Shown here in pieces: positions 22,919 through 32,969 of a stretch of 56,790 bases of DNA. The DNA lies in the IMG/VR virus record IMGVR_UViG_3300021400_000048, positions 1-56,790 of that record, one strand, 5' to 3'. This stretch comes from a virus. Taxonomy: Duplodnaviria > Heunggongvirae > Uroviricota > Caudoviricetes. Positions within the stretch are counted from its first letter, which is position 1. Each line of letters begins with the position of its first letter. Position numbers and translations under genes: made by a program. The notes under the pieces were generated by a model. The model worked only from the letters and a program-made list of their open reading frames with translations. It was not told the DNA's origin and did not search any database.

Positions 22919-23281
22919 TTATATAATTGCTATTTGTTCTAAAGTAGTTGCATCTAACCAACCACTAAATATATCATTTATATCTTGACTATTATTTATA
23001 TCAAAACCTAACGCATCAACATAAATATAAGCACTTAACATTTTAGAAACATATGCTTTTAAATATTGATATTTTGGTGCTTGCCCATGATTCCAATTTG
23101 TAGCTAAAACACTATCTTTATTATTTACAATATCTAGTGGAAGCTTAATAATATAAGTTCCTCCAACTTTATACGTTGGCTTAGAATATTTTGGAATATG
23201 ATATGTATTTGTATTTGGATCATAATTATTTAAATTTGCCCAAGCACATTTTTTAAGTTGTTTTTGAATATAATCAGACAT
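22919..23281 (-). CDS. Hypothetical protein
   Basis: 120 aa, SD GAGG, promoter upstream. Confidence 0.75.
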   Translation of the reverse strand: MSDYIQKQLKKCAWANLNNYDPNTNTYHIPKYSKPTYKVGGTYIIKLPLDIVNNKDSVLATNWNHGQAPKYQYLKAYVSKMLSAYIYVDALGFDINNSQDINDIFSGWLDATTLEQIAII

Positions 23282-23336
23282 AACTAATACCTCTTATATA
23301 TTATACAATAAAAAAAGACCAAAAGTGGTCTAATTT

Positions 23337-23987
23337 TTAAAGTATTTCATCAAAAGATTCAACTATTTTATCAACAAGGCCACTTTCAAGACATTCTTGT
23401 GTATTAAAATACCAATCACTTGCCTTCTTTTTATTAAAAGTTTTCTTATCAATTTTTGTTTGTGCCAATAAAAAGTTGTCAGCTTCTTTACCTAAGCGAT
23501 CAAAGAACTTTTTAGCTGCATCAACTTGTTCTTGATTACCACCATAATAGCAACTTCCAGAATGAACTAAAGCTGTTGAACCAGGCATTGCAAAACGTTT
23601 ATGTCCTGCAGCTAAAATAGTTGCACCAGCAGAATAAGCTGTACACCAATTTATTGTCCAAACAGGAGTTTTGCTAAGTTTAATAGCATTAACAATTGAC
23701 CACATTATAATTACTGAGCCACCTGGGGTATCAATAAAAATTTTAATTGGCTTTCTTTCTTCAACTGGTATATTTTTATCTTCATAATTATATCTTAAAA
23801 TTCTATCCATCACTTTAATAGTAGAATCATCAACTTGATCATCAATCCAAATAATTCTATCTGCTTCGTCTCGATAATAGTCTCTTAAATTATTATCTGG
23901 TAATTGCAAATTAGCCATACCTGCTGGTAAACCTGCTAAAATACCATTTAAAACTTCTTCTGGAATATCTTGTTGTTTGTTATTCAT
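23337..23987 (-). CDS. ClpP-like protease
   Basis: IDTPGGSV, TAYSAG (Ser), LVHS (His), GLVDKI. Confidence 0.85.
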   Translation of the reverse strand: MNNKQQDIPEEVLNGILAGLPAGMANLQLPDNNLRDYYRDEADRIIWIDDQVDDSTIKVMDRILRYNYEDKNIPVEERKPIKIFIDTPGGSVIIMWSIVNAIKLSKTPVWTINWCTAYSAGATILAAGHKRFAMPGSTALVHSGSCYYGGNQEQVDAAKKFFDRLGKEADNFLLAQTKIDKKTFNKKKASDWYFNTQECLESGLVDKIVESFDEIL

Positions 23988-23998
23988 GTAATCACCTT

Positions 23999-24388
23999 TT
24001 ATTCTTTATTTTTTAAATGTTCTAAAAGTTCTTGAAAAAGATATTCATCAATTATATAATGCATTTCTTCACCAGGTCCAAAATTAAACGCTATTGCTTG
24101 ATGTTTCTTTCCCATAAACGCCATTTCTTGTTTATTTTTCTCAAACCAATCTTTTTTAATTGAAATTGAATCAGCATGAGTTGTTTTTGTTTTGCACTCA
24201 ATCAGCCAAGCTTCTTCACCTGAAGTTAAAACATCACCTTTTTGAAAATTTGTAGCACCAGAATTAGCAGTAGCTCTGCCGCCAACTACTTTTGCTACAT
24301 AATCTTCTTGTTTTTTAGAATAAGTACGAGTAGGAGTTTTTTTATCTCCTTCTCGTTCTCTTTTTCTCATTCCGCCGCCTAAGGCCAT
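23999..24388 (-). CDS. PD-(D/E)XK nuclease, Hjc-like resolvase
   Basis: QE..VAK, NSGA, KGDV, IECKT. Confidence 0.65.
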   Translation of the reverse strand: MALGGGMRKREREGDKKTPTRTYSKKQEDYVAKVVGGRATANSGATNFQKGDVLTSGEEAWLIECKTKTTHADSISIKKDWFEKNKQEMAFMGKKHQAIAFNFGPGEEMHYIIDEYLFQELLEHLKNKE

Positions 24389-25551
24389 TATTCTTTAACT
24401 CCAGCAAATGCATTATCAACACCTGCTTGTTGAGCATTAATTTCTGCATTTGCTCTTTCATCTAATAATTCACCATAAGACTTAGAATCATCTGCTGAAA
24501 TAACTCTGTTTAGCATAGCAAGATATTTATTTTGGAAAGGAATATTTGTTTTAATATATTCAATTAAATCAGCTTTTTTACCACGTAAATCATTTCCATC
24601 TTCATCTTGATAAATTACACCAGTTTCAAGGTCTAATAGTTCATAAGTAACATTATTAACTCTATGAATAAAGCCAAAACCAACAGCAATTTCAAGTAAG
24701 TCATTAATCCAGTCTAAACCTGTTTCATATCTAAATGTTACAAAACCACCACCACGTGCACAAGAACCACATTTATTCTTTACAATTTTATATAGTAGTC
24801 TGAAGCCATCAGCACCTTCACCATTCTTAGCACCACAAGCATCCATATCATCACCAAGAGTAAACTTTCTTGTTCCACATCTAATTATCCAAGATGAATA
24901 GAAAGAAGGAGCCAAACCACAAGGTTCTTTATATAATTGAATACCTGTAAATGTTTTACCACCATCACGAACTTGATTTGTTGCAATAAAAATATTATTT
25001 TTTCTTGCTACCATTTCAGTCATTTTAGCATAGAATGGATATAATGGTTTTGCCATAGTAGAACGCATACCATTATCTTTAGTTAAGTCACTTTCTAATA
25101 CAACTTCTGGAATAAGTGCAGGAAGTGAATCTAGAACTATCATACCAATATCATCATAAGTTTCCATTTCAAGAATCATATCTAATACTTGTTGACCAGA
25201 TTGACCATTTGGATTTAAATAATATAACTTAGATAAATCTAAACCAGTCATTTTAGACCAGAATTTTAAATCTAGTGAATGTTCACAGTCAATAAATACA
25301 CATGTTTGATCTGGAAATTTTCTTTGATATGCTGCCATAATAACACAAGCAAGTCCAGTTTTACCAGAATGAAATAAACCAGAAATTTCACCACATCTAC
25401 CAAGTGGAATACCACCACCTAAAATGTAGTCTAAACCTAAAGCATTTGTAGCAAGTCTTTCATAATTTGGTTTAATATCACTGATAATCATTAAATTATC
25501 ATCTTTATATTCTTTATTAATTTTTTTTGCAAAATCTGCAATTGTTGGCAT
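24388..25551 (-). CDS. RecA/UvsX-like recombinase
   Basis: GGGIPLGR, GLFHSGKT, IVLDSL, NQVRD, KIVKNK. Confidence 0.9.
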   Translation of the reverse strand: MPTIADFAKKINKEYKDDNLMIISDIKPNYERLATNALGLDYILGGGIPLGRCGEISGLFHSGKTGLACVIMAAYQRKFPDQTCVFIDCEHSLDLKFWSKMTGLDLSKLYYLNPNGQSGQQVLDMILEMETYDDIGMIVLDSLPALIPEVVLESDLTKDNGMRSTMAKPLYPFYAKMTEMVARKNNIFIATNQVRDGGKTFTGIQLYKEPCGLAPSFYSSWIIRCGTRKFTLGDDMDACGAKNGEGADGFRLLYKIVKNKCGSCARGGGFVTFRYETGLDWINDLLEIAVGFGFIHRVNNVTYELLDLETGVIYQDEDGNDLRGKKADLIEYIKTNIPFQNKYLAMLNRVISADDSKSYGELLDERANAEINAQQAGVDNAFAGVKE

Positions 25552-25567
25552 AAATATTTAATTCTCC

Positions 25568-26092
25568 TTATAAAGTAGTTTTGCCATTTGTTGTGGCAGG
25601 AATGCTATTATCAATTCCAATATTCATAAATTTTGTTTCTTGCATTCTACTCATTAAAATTGATTTCAATGCATCAATCAATCTGTGCAGCTGATCAAGT
25701 TTTGTTTTAAATAAATTAGCAATTAAATTATAAAGTGCTTCTGAAACAACTTCTGGAGCATTTTCAACAGTAGCTAATTTATCTTTAACTGCTGCTGAGC
25801 CTTCTAAAGCATTAAAACTTGCTGCATATTTTTCTTTTTGCAAAGCTTCAGCAAGCTCTGCTTTTAATGCAGCTTTTTCTTTAATTTCACTTAATTCAAA
25901 TGCTTTTAATTGTAATTGTAATATATAATCTCTAATTTGATCAATAGATAAACTATTAATAGTTAGATTAATTGTAGATACTAAATTATCAGCCTCAGCA
26001 GTAATTGGCTTTACAGCATTATTAGCAATATCAACTATATCAAAATAAGTTTCATCTACTCTATTTAATGCTTCTTCTAATTTTTTATTCAT
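25568..26092 (-). CDS. Coiled-coil protein (UvsY-like mediator possible)
   Basis: Helical; immediately upstream of the recombinase. Confidence 0.6.
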   Translation of the reverse strand: MNKKLEEALNRVDETYFDIVDIANNAVKPITAEADNLVSTINLTINSLSIDQIRDYILQLQLKAFELSEIKEKAALKAELAEALQKEKYAASFNALEGSAAVKDKLATVENAPEVVSEALYNLIANLFKTKLDQLHRLIDALKSILMSRMQETKFMNIGIDNSIPATTNGKTTL

Positions 26093-26582
26093 CAAGCACC
26101 TCACCATTTTGATTAATTTTTAATAAATAAGTAAAATCAACATCCATATAAACACGTTTCTTTTCAGCTGGTAAAACTACAATATTATATTTCTTATCAT
26201 TTATTGCACTAATTCCAACTGATTTGCAGCCATCTTTGACCATTTTTTCCATTTCTAATATTGGCACTCAAAAAACAATGTCTTTTTCTGAAAGCCAAAC
26301 TAAAATACCTGGATAAACATTATTAGTATTTTTATATTCTAATAATCTTTCATATTGTGGTATTGATGAAAATGGAATAGATGCTTTTTTATGTTCTTTG
26401 CATTCAACCATAAATAATTTATTATGACCTGGAAAGCAAAGAAAATCACATGGATTTTGACTTGTATCTTTATAGCCATTTAATAAGTCTTTTAATCTAA
26501 ACACAAAAGTATTTGGAAAACACTTTTTTCATGTTGTTTTAAAGACATCTTCTCAGGCTTTACCAAGATCAGTCTTTGCCAT
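26085..26582 (-). CDS. RecU-like Holliday junction resolvase, 3 in-frame TGA=Trp
   Basis: MAKTDLGKA*EDVFKTT*KK...NPCDF...VECK...IVF*VPI; joins ORFs 26268-26504 and 26085-26267 in one frame. Confidence 0.85.
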
Positions 26583-26583
26583 A

Positions 26584-27723
26584 TTAAGCAACCATTAATT
26601 CTGGAATTAAATTAGAAATATTTGGTCTGCTAAATACTACTGATTTATGATTACCAAAATTTAAAGTGATAAAGTCTGATGAACAGCCGTCTAATAATAA
26701 TTTAACATCATTTAAGTTTAAAGTCATTTTATAGTTTGTATCAGCTACTATATTATTTTCAATTTTTACAGCTTCACAATTATTAATGCTATCTGTAATA
26801 ATTAAATCATTATTATCAATAGTAAATGTAGCAGCAAATACTCGTGTATCACCAACAGATTTATCATCTTTACTAAATGACATAATTCTTGAAATTGCAG
26901 CGTTTAAACTATTGACAGAAACTACTAATTTATTTGAATAATTTTCATTTAAATAATTTTTAGTTGCATTATATGGACCTAAAACTTGATTTAATAAAAT
27001 ATCACTATTAACAATAATTGCTGCTAAATAAATATTATCTGATTCAAAGACAACTTTAGTTTGTATAACGCCATTTGCTAAAGCATCATAACCAAAACTA
27101 AAATTAACATCTGTACTGAATAATTTAAATAATTTAACAACTCTATCATTTAATAACATTTTAATTGGCTTTTCAAGTTTAAATGAATTCAAACAAGAAC
27201 CAGTTACAAATGTAAAGCAGCCTTCATCTGTAACATAATAAGACTTTTGCAATTCATTAAGTTGATCCTTATCTAAAGCCTTAGCTTTTAATAGCTCTTT
27301 ACCATTAACATTTAAAATACTTTGTAAAATATCATTACTAATTGGCATTTCAACAGTCTTATTATCAAGAGTAATTGTTGGTAAGTCCATTAAATCGCCA
27401 TTTTCATAAATCATAGCTAATTTATAGTTAGATTTGCCAGCAGTAATTTTAATAGAAGTAGCTTCTATTGATAATTCAATTTCATCAACAGTTAATGATG
27501 CAATTAAATCTAAGAATTGCTGAGCTTTTACTACTACTTTAAAAGTTTCGCTTGAGTCAATTGCAAATTTAACTGAAACATAATATTCTAAATTTGTAAC
27601 ATTTAATGATAATACATTATCTTTTGCAACTAATTCAAGATTTGCAGCTTTAGCATCTTTGTTATCAACTGCAGGTAAAATAGTTTTTGCAACATTTTTA
27701 AAATCTTTTACATTTAAAATCAT
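26584..27723 (-). CDS. DNA polymerase III beta-clamp-like protein
   Basis: 379 aa, three-domain spacing, TNLEYYV, C-terminal LIPE; located beside pol and clamp loader. Confidence 0.75.
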   Translation of the reverse strand: MILNVKDFKNVAKTILPAVDNKDAKAANLELVAKDNVLSLNVTNLEYYVSVKFAIDSSETFKVVVKAQQFLDLIASLTVDEIELSIEATSIKITAGKSNYKLAMIYENGDLMDLPTITLDNKTVEMPISNDILQSILNVNGKELLKAKALDKDQLNELQKSYYVTDEGCFTFVTGSCLNSFKLEKPIKMLLNDRVVKLFKLFSTDVNFSFGYDALANGVIQTKVVFESDNIYLAAIIVNSDILLNQVLGPYNATKNYLNENYSNKLVVSVNSLNAAISRIMSFSKDDKSVGDTRVFAATFTIDNNDLIITDSINNCEAVKIENNIVADTNYKMTLNLNDVKLLLDGCSSDFITLNFGNHKSVVFSRPNISNLIPELMVA

Positions 27724-27778
27724 TTTTGTATCTTTTTCCTTTCAAGTATTTTATTTATATTATTATACAATATTTTTG

Positions 27779-28954
27779 TTAGAAATCTAGATCACAGCCA
27801 GTTTCAATAGTCTTAATTATTGCAGCTTGTGGCAATTCACTATGAGCACTATATAGACTATTTAAAGCTTCTTCTTTTGATAAACCAGATTTTTCAAGCT
27901 TTTTATATTCTTCTTGAATTGCTACTGCATATTCATCACAATACCATCTTGTAACATTGTAAGGGTCACATTTCATTGGTACATTAATACCTGCTTGTTT
28001 TGCAGTATTAACCATAATTTCTGGTAAAATCTTTTCAACTTCATCGGCATATTTTTCTGGACATTCAACTAATACTTCATCATGTACTGTAATGATTAAA
28101 TATGCACCCATTGATTTTAATCTTTCATCTTTAAAGATATTAACCATTGCTAATTTTGTTAAAGAAGCAGCACCACCTTGAATTCTTGCATTAAAACATT
28201 GTCTTTCTGCTTGTGCAATACGACCGGTATTTGCTCTAATAACAACTTTTTCTTTAGCTGCTTCTTGAGCTAAACTTTTATAAGCTGCATTAGACATTTC
28301 TCTGTTACCATTAAAATTAGGATTTTGCTTTTTTTGCCATTCTTGTGAAGCGTTAACTTTATTTTTAATAGCTTGCTCCCATTTTTCTTTTAGCATAACA
28401 TCAGCAGGATTTTGTTTATCTTCACATTCTAAAAATGGATTAAATTCAGGTGATTCATTTTCTAAGTGTACTTCATAAGGATTTAAAGTATAATCTGGTA
28501 AATGTCTTCTACGACCAACCCAATCTTCAACATAAGGTGCTTCATCTTTATTATTAGAACGATCTCTTAATTCTTCTTTTGAATGATCAATAGCTTGTTT
28601 CAATTTGACAAACTTATTAAAGAATTTGTCCATTAATGCTTGACCTTCTTCTTTAGTTTTGCCCATTCTTTGGCCTGCTGTTGCACCAGACATACCATAA
28701 GTCGTTGCTAATTGCAAAGTTTTACCAACAGCACGACGTTCTTTTCCAGCTTTATTCAAATGTGTTTTATTACCACAAACAACTTTTTGCCCATCAACTT
28801 CAATTTCTGTGCCTGCTGGGTAAAATTCAAGATTATCTTCATAATTATTATCAAATGCTGATTGAGCAATAACTGCATATAAATCTTGGTTATTTAAATA
28901 TGCATTAATCATATTATCATCTTGCGACATATATGCTGACAATCTTGGTTCTTG
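27779..28954 (-). CDS. Family A DNA polymerase, C-terminal part
   Basis: QEPRLSAY, motif B K.LQLATTYG, RIQGGAA, motif C TVHDE. Confidence 0.9.
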   Translation of the reverse strand, partial: QEPRLSAYMSQDDNMINAYLNNQDLYAVIAQSAFDNNYEDNLEFYPAGTEIEVDGQKVVCGNKTHLNKAGKERRAVGKTLQLATTYGMSGATAGQRMGKTKEEGQALMDKFFNKFVKLKQAIDHSKEELRDRSNNKDEAPYVEDWVGRRRHLPDYTLNPYEVHLENESPEFNPFLECEDKQNPADVMLKEKWEQAIKNKVNASQEWQKKQNPNFNGNREMSNAAYKSLAQEAAKEKVVIRANTGRIAQAERQCFNARIQGGAASLTKLAMVNIFKDERLKSMGAYLIITVHDEVLVECPEKYADEVEKILPEIMVNTAKQAGINVPMKCDPYNVTRWYCDEYAVAIQEEYKKLEKSGLSKEEALNSLYSAHSELPQAAIIKTIETGCDLDF

Positions 28955-28956
28955 AG

Positions 28957-29019
28957 CTAGGCAGAGTAGTCAGATCCGATAATTTTATAGTAAGTTTTAG
29001 TTCGAATTGTTCTACTCAT
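28957..29019 (-). CDS. 20-aa ORF carrying PolA motif A (MSRTIRTKTYYKIIGSDYSA*)
   Basis: Strong SD GAGGAGGTG; ends TAG, 5 nt out of register with QEPR. Confidence 0.7.
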   Translation of the reverse strand: MSRTIRTKTYYKIIGSDYSA

Positions 29020-30979
29020 TTAGCATCACCTCCTCGTTAATATAAATTGAATAAGTTTTATTTTCAGTATTATATACAATATTTTTAATTGCAATATTTT
29101 CATTGTCAACAATTAAAATATCACCAATTTTTAATTCATTACAATATTTAAAGCCCTCAATAGTTTCAACTTCTGTAATTTCTGGAACAATAAAAGTATT
29201 ATCATCAGTTGAAATATTATTTTCTTCAACTTTAGCTTTAAAAAGCATTCTTGTGATTTTACCATCACCTCTTGATGGAATATTTTGAATGTTTATTCCT
29301 GAAGTAACAACATCATTATCATTTTCATCAAGCCAGTGCCAACGACCACCAGAAGAATAACGACCAGTGTCTGTTCCAGTTGAATTTAATCTAAATCTAA
29401 TTCTACCATCTGGCCAATGTGCAGCTAAAGTTGGAATAGTATCAAGATATGTTGTAATTAATTTTGCATAACCACGACGTTCTAATAATAAACTGCATAG
29501 TTTTGCTGCAACTGTTCTTTTAAATGTTTCAATTTTATTATTATCTACTCTTTCAAGTGCTTCATCTAAAGTATTAAATGAATCTTCATCTTCTTCAAAT
29601 TCATCTTCTTTTTCTAAATAAAATGATAACTTTTCTTTAATTGCTTTTAAATCATCTTTACCTGTTTTTCTATTATCATCAGCTGTAATAGCAGCTAAAA
29701 TATCATCAACAGATACTGCTAATTCTTCTTTAGTATCTGGTATTGTACTACCTTCTTTTAATAATATATCATAAAATAGAATAGCAAGTTGAACTGGTGA
29801 AGATAAATTAATTGGTGTTTCTAATTGTAAAGCTTTTGATTTACCAACTTTATATCTATTACCATCTTTATCTGTATTTGGATATTGTAAAGCAAGTTTT
29901 GCAAGCGAAGTTTTAGATTTCTTAGGTGCATAAACTTTACTTTGAACAGTGGCAACTTTTTTAGTCTTCCAAATACTTATTAGTTTATCTAATGATGATA
30001 ATAATTTATCAATTTCATCATCAATTTTTTCAAGCTTTTTATTATATTTATCTTTTAGTCTTGCACCAAGCTCTTCATCAACTTCGACACCAGCCATTTC
30101 CATTTCAGCTGTTACTTGAACAATTGGCATTTCAATATTATGAAATAACCATGCGCCACCTTTAATTTCACGACCAAACTCATCAAGATGTGAAACCATC
30201 GCTTCAATTTTTGGTAATTCCCAAATATAAACTTTATCTGTCATCATTGAGTCTGTTGCAGCATATAATGCAAAAATATCTGGATCAACAAATCTATATG
30301 GGATTTTTTCAAATAATTTATCTATTGAATATTTTTCTTGTTTTGGATCAATTTCAGTAGTATAAATATACTTTAAACTTGTCTTTTTCTCAGAATATTT
30401 ATTTTCATCAATTATTCTTGCTGCAACTAATGTATCCCAATCTGGTGCAACCTTAATATGACAAGTTCTATCAATTACTTCATAATCAAACTTACCATTA
30501 TGCATAACTTTAAGAATATTTGCATCAATAATTCTTTGTAGTTGCTCACGACAATCTTCTTCGGTTAATTGCCAAGCTAATCTATTATTGTTTAAATCAG
30601 TATGATTAACTGGAATATATGCTTGCTTGCCACCTTCATAATATAAACATAGTCCCATTAAACAAGTTTCAGCACCACATGGATCAGTTGAATTATTAGT
30701 TTCAGTATCTATTGCAATACGACCAAAATTAATTGCTTTTGTTACATAATCTGAAAAAGTATTTTTATCTTTAATAACTAAAACATTTTCTTTTTGCTTA
30801 CCTAATACTCTTAAAACCCTCTCTGCAATAATAGAAAGCTTTTCTACTAATGAAATAGACTTTGATTTAATTAATTTCTCAGTATCTAGTTCAGTAATAT
30901 CTTTATTTTTTATCTTTTTAAGAGTTTTTTTAACTTCAACTTTAGTTGGTGTAATTAAATTATCAAATAGACCATTCAT
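29012..30979 (-). CDS. Family A DNA polymerase, N-terminal part (3'-5' exo, thumb, Hint-like tail)
   Basis: IDTET, HNGKFD, YAATDS, TGTDTGRYSS, NIQNIP; tail ETIEGFKYCNELKIGDIL. Confidence 0.9.
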   Translation of the reverse strand: MNGLFDNLITPTKVEVKKTLKKIKNKDITELDTEKLIKSKSISLVEKLSIIAERVLRVLGKQKENVLVIKDKNTFSDYVTKAINFGRIAIDTETNNSTDPCGAETCLMGLCLYYEGGKQAYIPVNHTDLNNNRLAWQLTEEDCREQLQRIIDANILKVMHNGKFDYEVIDRTCHIKVAPDWDTLVAARIIDENKYSEKKTSLKYIYTTEIDPKQEKYSIDKLFEKIPYRFVDPDIFALYAATDSMMTDKVYIWELPKIEAMVSHLDEFGREIKGGAWLFHNIEMPIVQVTAEMEMAGVEVDEELGARLKDKYNKKLEKIDDEIDKLLSSLDKLISIWKTKKVATVQSKVYAPKKSKTSLAKLALQYPNTDKDGNRYKVGKSKALQLETPINLSSPVQLAILFYDILLKEGSTIPDTKEELAVSVDDILAAITADDNRKTGKDDLKAIKEKLSFYLEKEDEFEEDEDSFNTLDEALERVDNNKIETFKRTVAAKLCSLLLERRGYAKLITTYLDTIPTLAAHWPDGRIRFRLNSTGTDTGRYSSGGRWHWLDENDNDVVTSGINIQNIPSRGDGKITRMLFKAKVEENNISTDDNTFIVPEITEVETIEGFKYCNELKIGDILIVDNENIAIKNIVYNTENKTYSIYINEEVMLNE

Positions 30980-31047
30980 AAGTATAATACCTCTATATAT
31001 TATACAATAAAAAAAGACCTTTTTTAAGGTCTTTTTAAAATATTTTA

Positions 31048-31935
31048 TTAGAATCTGCCACCAAATTGTCTTTGTGGTCTTTCTGCTGGTTGATCAGCTG
31101 GTGTAGCTGGAGCAGCAGGAGCTTGATAAGCAGGACTTGCTGGAGCTTGAGGTGCTACATAGGAAGCAGGTTGTGCATAAGTAGGAGTAGGTTGTGCATA
31201 ACCAGTGGTAGTAGTAGTTAATGGAGTAGCTGGAGTTGCACTAGCACCTGCAGAAACTTCTTCTTGCTTAACTTCTGGGAAACTACCATTTGCTAAGTAA
31301 TAGTTAATATCTTCTGGAGATTTTTCCCAATAAGAGTGTCTATTAACTTGGAAATTATCAAATGCACTGAAATCAGCAGGAACCATTTCTGGCTTGTAAA
31401 TTTGTGGTACAGCATAATCTAAGTTATATCTTGTATCTTTTCCTGAACCAATACGTGTCATAACAAATAATTGATTAGTTAAATCACCAAAAGTTGTTAA
31501 CTTAGCAGCTAATTCTCTTGCATAGCTTGCTTTTCTTTCCCAAACAACTGGAGTTACTTCTGAAAAAGCACCAGTTACAGGATCTTTATAAGAAACTAGC
31601 ATTTGTACAAAAATAACATTTTCAGCTTTGTTAATTACTGGATGACCAGCTGCTGCTGCTGCACATAATGGACAAGTATCTGCTGAATGTTGAGTAACAC
31701 CATTAAAACAACTAATACCTGCAAATGGATTTGATAATCCTTCAAATTTCTTGCCAAATACTGGTTTATGAACCTTAACTAATTTTAAATCTGCTTGTGA
31801 ATGAATGTTAAATCTAACTAAACATTGTTCACCATCTTTTGATAGCTTAAAAAAGCCAATCTTTGGAAAATTACTTCCATTTTGTGTACGATTTGCACCT
31901 TCTTTTAAATAATCTTCATAAGTAAAAACTGACAT
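31048..31935 (-). CDS. ssDNA-binding protein (gp32-like)
   Basis: CPLC zinc motif, RIGSGKDTRY, low-complexity tail; adjacent to primase. Confidence 0.7.
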   Translation of the reverse strand: MSVFTYEDYLKEGANRTQNGSNFPKIGFFKLSKDGEQCLVRFNIHSQADLKLVKVHKPVFGKKFEGLSNPFAGISCFNGVTQHSADTCPLCAAAAAGHPVINKAENVIFVQMLVSYKDPVTGAFSEVTPVVWERKASYARELAAKLTTFGDLTNQLFVMTRIGSGKDTRYNLDYAVPQIYKPEMVPADFSAFDNFQVNRHSYWEKSPEDINYYLANGSFPEVKQEEVSAGASATPATPLTTTTTGYAQPTPTYAQPASYVAPQAPASPAYQAPAAPATPADQPAERPQRQFGGRF

Positions 31936-32012
31936 GATTTTTTTCTCCTTTTATCTTTTAAAATTTATCTTTTTGTGATTTGTCATTTCACATTATATTA
32001 TACAATAATTTT

Positions 32013-32969
32013 TTAATTTTTTACATATTTTGATAATAATTTCCAAAAAGTATCATAATCTAAATCATTTATATCTTTGAAACCTGCTGGAATATTAATT
32101 ATATCAACCAAAATACGTTTATTTAGCTTATTTTTTACCCTTTCTGCAAACTTTTGACCATAAATATCGTTATCAAACATTAATAATAGATGAGTAATTG
32201 TTGATTTTCCTATTAAAGCTATTTGTTCTTCACTTATATTACCAAGTGATGCTACTGCTGGAAAGCCATATGACCAGGCTGTAAGACAGTCAAATGGGCC
32301 TTCAGTTAAAATACAGCAATTAATGTTCTTTTTAATAATTTTATCTAGCCCATATACTGGCTTTTCAACATCTTTTGGCAAGTAAAATTGTTTATAATCA
32401 ATCTTTCTTGTCGGAATCATGACTAATTTGCCATGTTCATTATAGCAAGGAAACAAAACTTCACGCTTAACTGGATCATATTTTACATTAAAATACTCAC
32501 ATACATTACGAGTAATCTTACGTTTTTGTAAATAATAACAATAATTTTGATATTTATCTAATTCTTTTTCATCTAAATATGTTGGCATAACTTGTTGTTT
32601 TGGAACTATTGGATCGCCTAAAGAAATTGTTTCTCTTTGTCTAACTCCATAGTGATCAATTAACCATTTTTTTGCAAAGTCTTCAGATTTATCAAAACAA
32701 GCTGCAACTAATTTATAGAATTCCCCTTTTGCGTCACACGCGAAGCAGCGGCAATAACCATAAGGAAGTTTTTTATCATCACCAATATAAATATTCATAT
32801 CTGGGCGATGTTCAGCTCCGCCTGCATGAAAAGGACAAGTTACAACAATATCATCAGTACCAGGTTTTATATCTCTTAGCTTGCCATTTGTCAATACAAA
32901 TTGAATATCATATAAAATATCTAATATTGGTTTATCAATTAAATAATTATCAATAATCAATTGTCTCAT
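32013..32969 (-). CDS. DNA primase (CHC2 zinc finger + TOPRIM)
   Basis: CPFH..C..C, TEGPFD, FDND. Confidence 0.9.
   Translation of the reverse strand: MRQLIIDNYLIDKPILDILYDIQFVLTNGKLRDIKPGTDDIVVTCPFHAGGAEHRPDMNIYIGDDKKLPYGYCRCFACDAKGEFYKLVAACFDKSEDFAKKWLIDHYGVRQRETISLGDPIVPKQQVMPTYLDEKELDKYQNYCYYLQKRKITRNVCEYFNVKYDPVKREVLFPCYNEHGKLVMIPTRKIDYKQFYLPKDVEKPVYGLDKIIKKNINCCILTEGPFDCLTAWSYGFPAVASLGNISEEQIALIGKSTITHLLLMFDNDIYGQKFAERVKNKLNKRILVDIINIPAGFKDINDLDYDTFWKLLSKYVKN

Noticed and set aside
28957-28959. Amber (TAG) recoding in polA
   Set aside because: Readthrough would stay out of frame with QEPR; TAG is used as a normal stop elsewhere and no CUA tRNA was found
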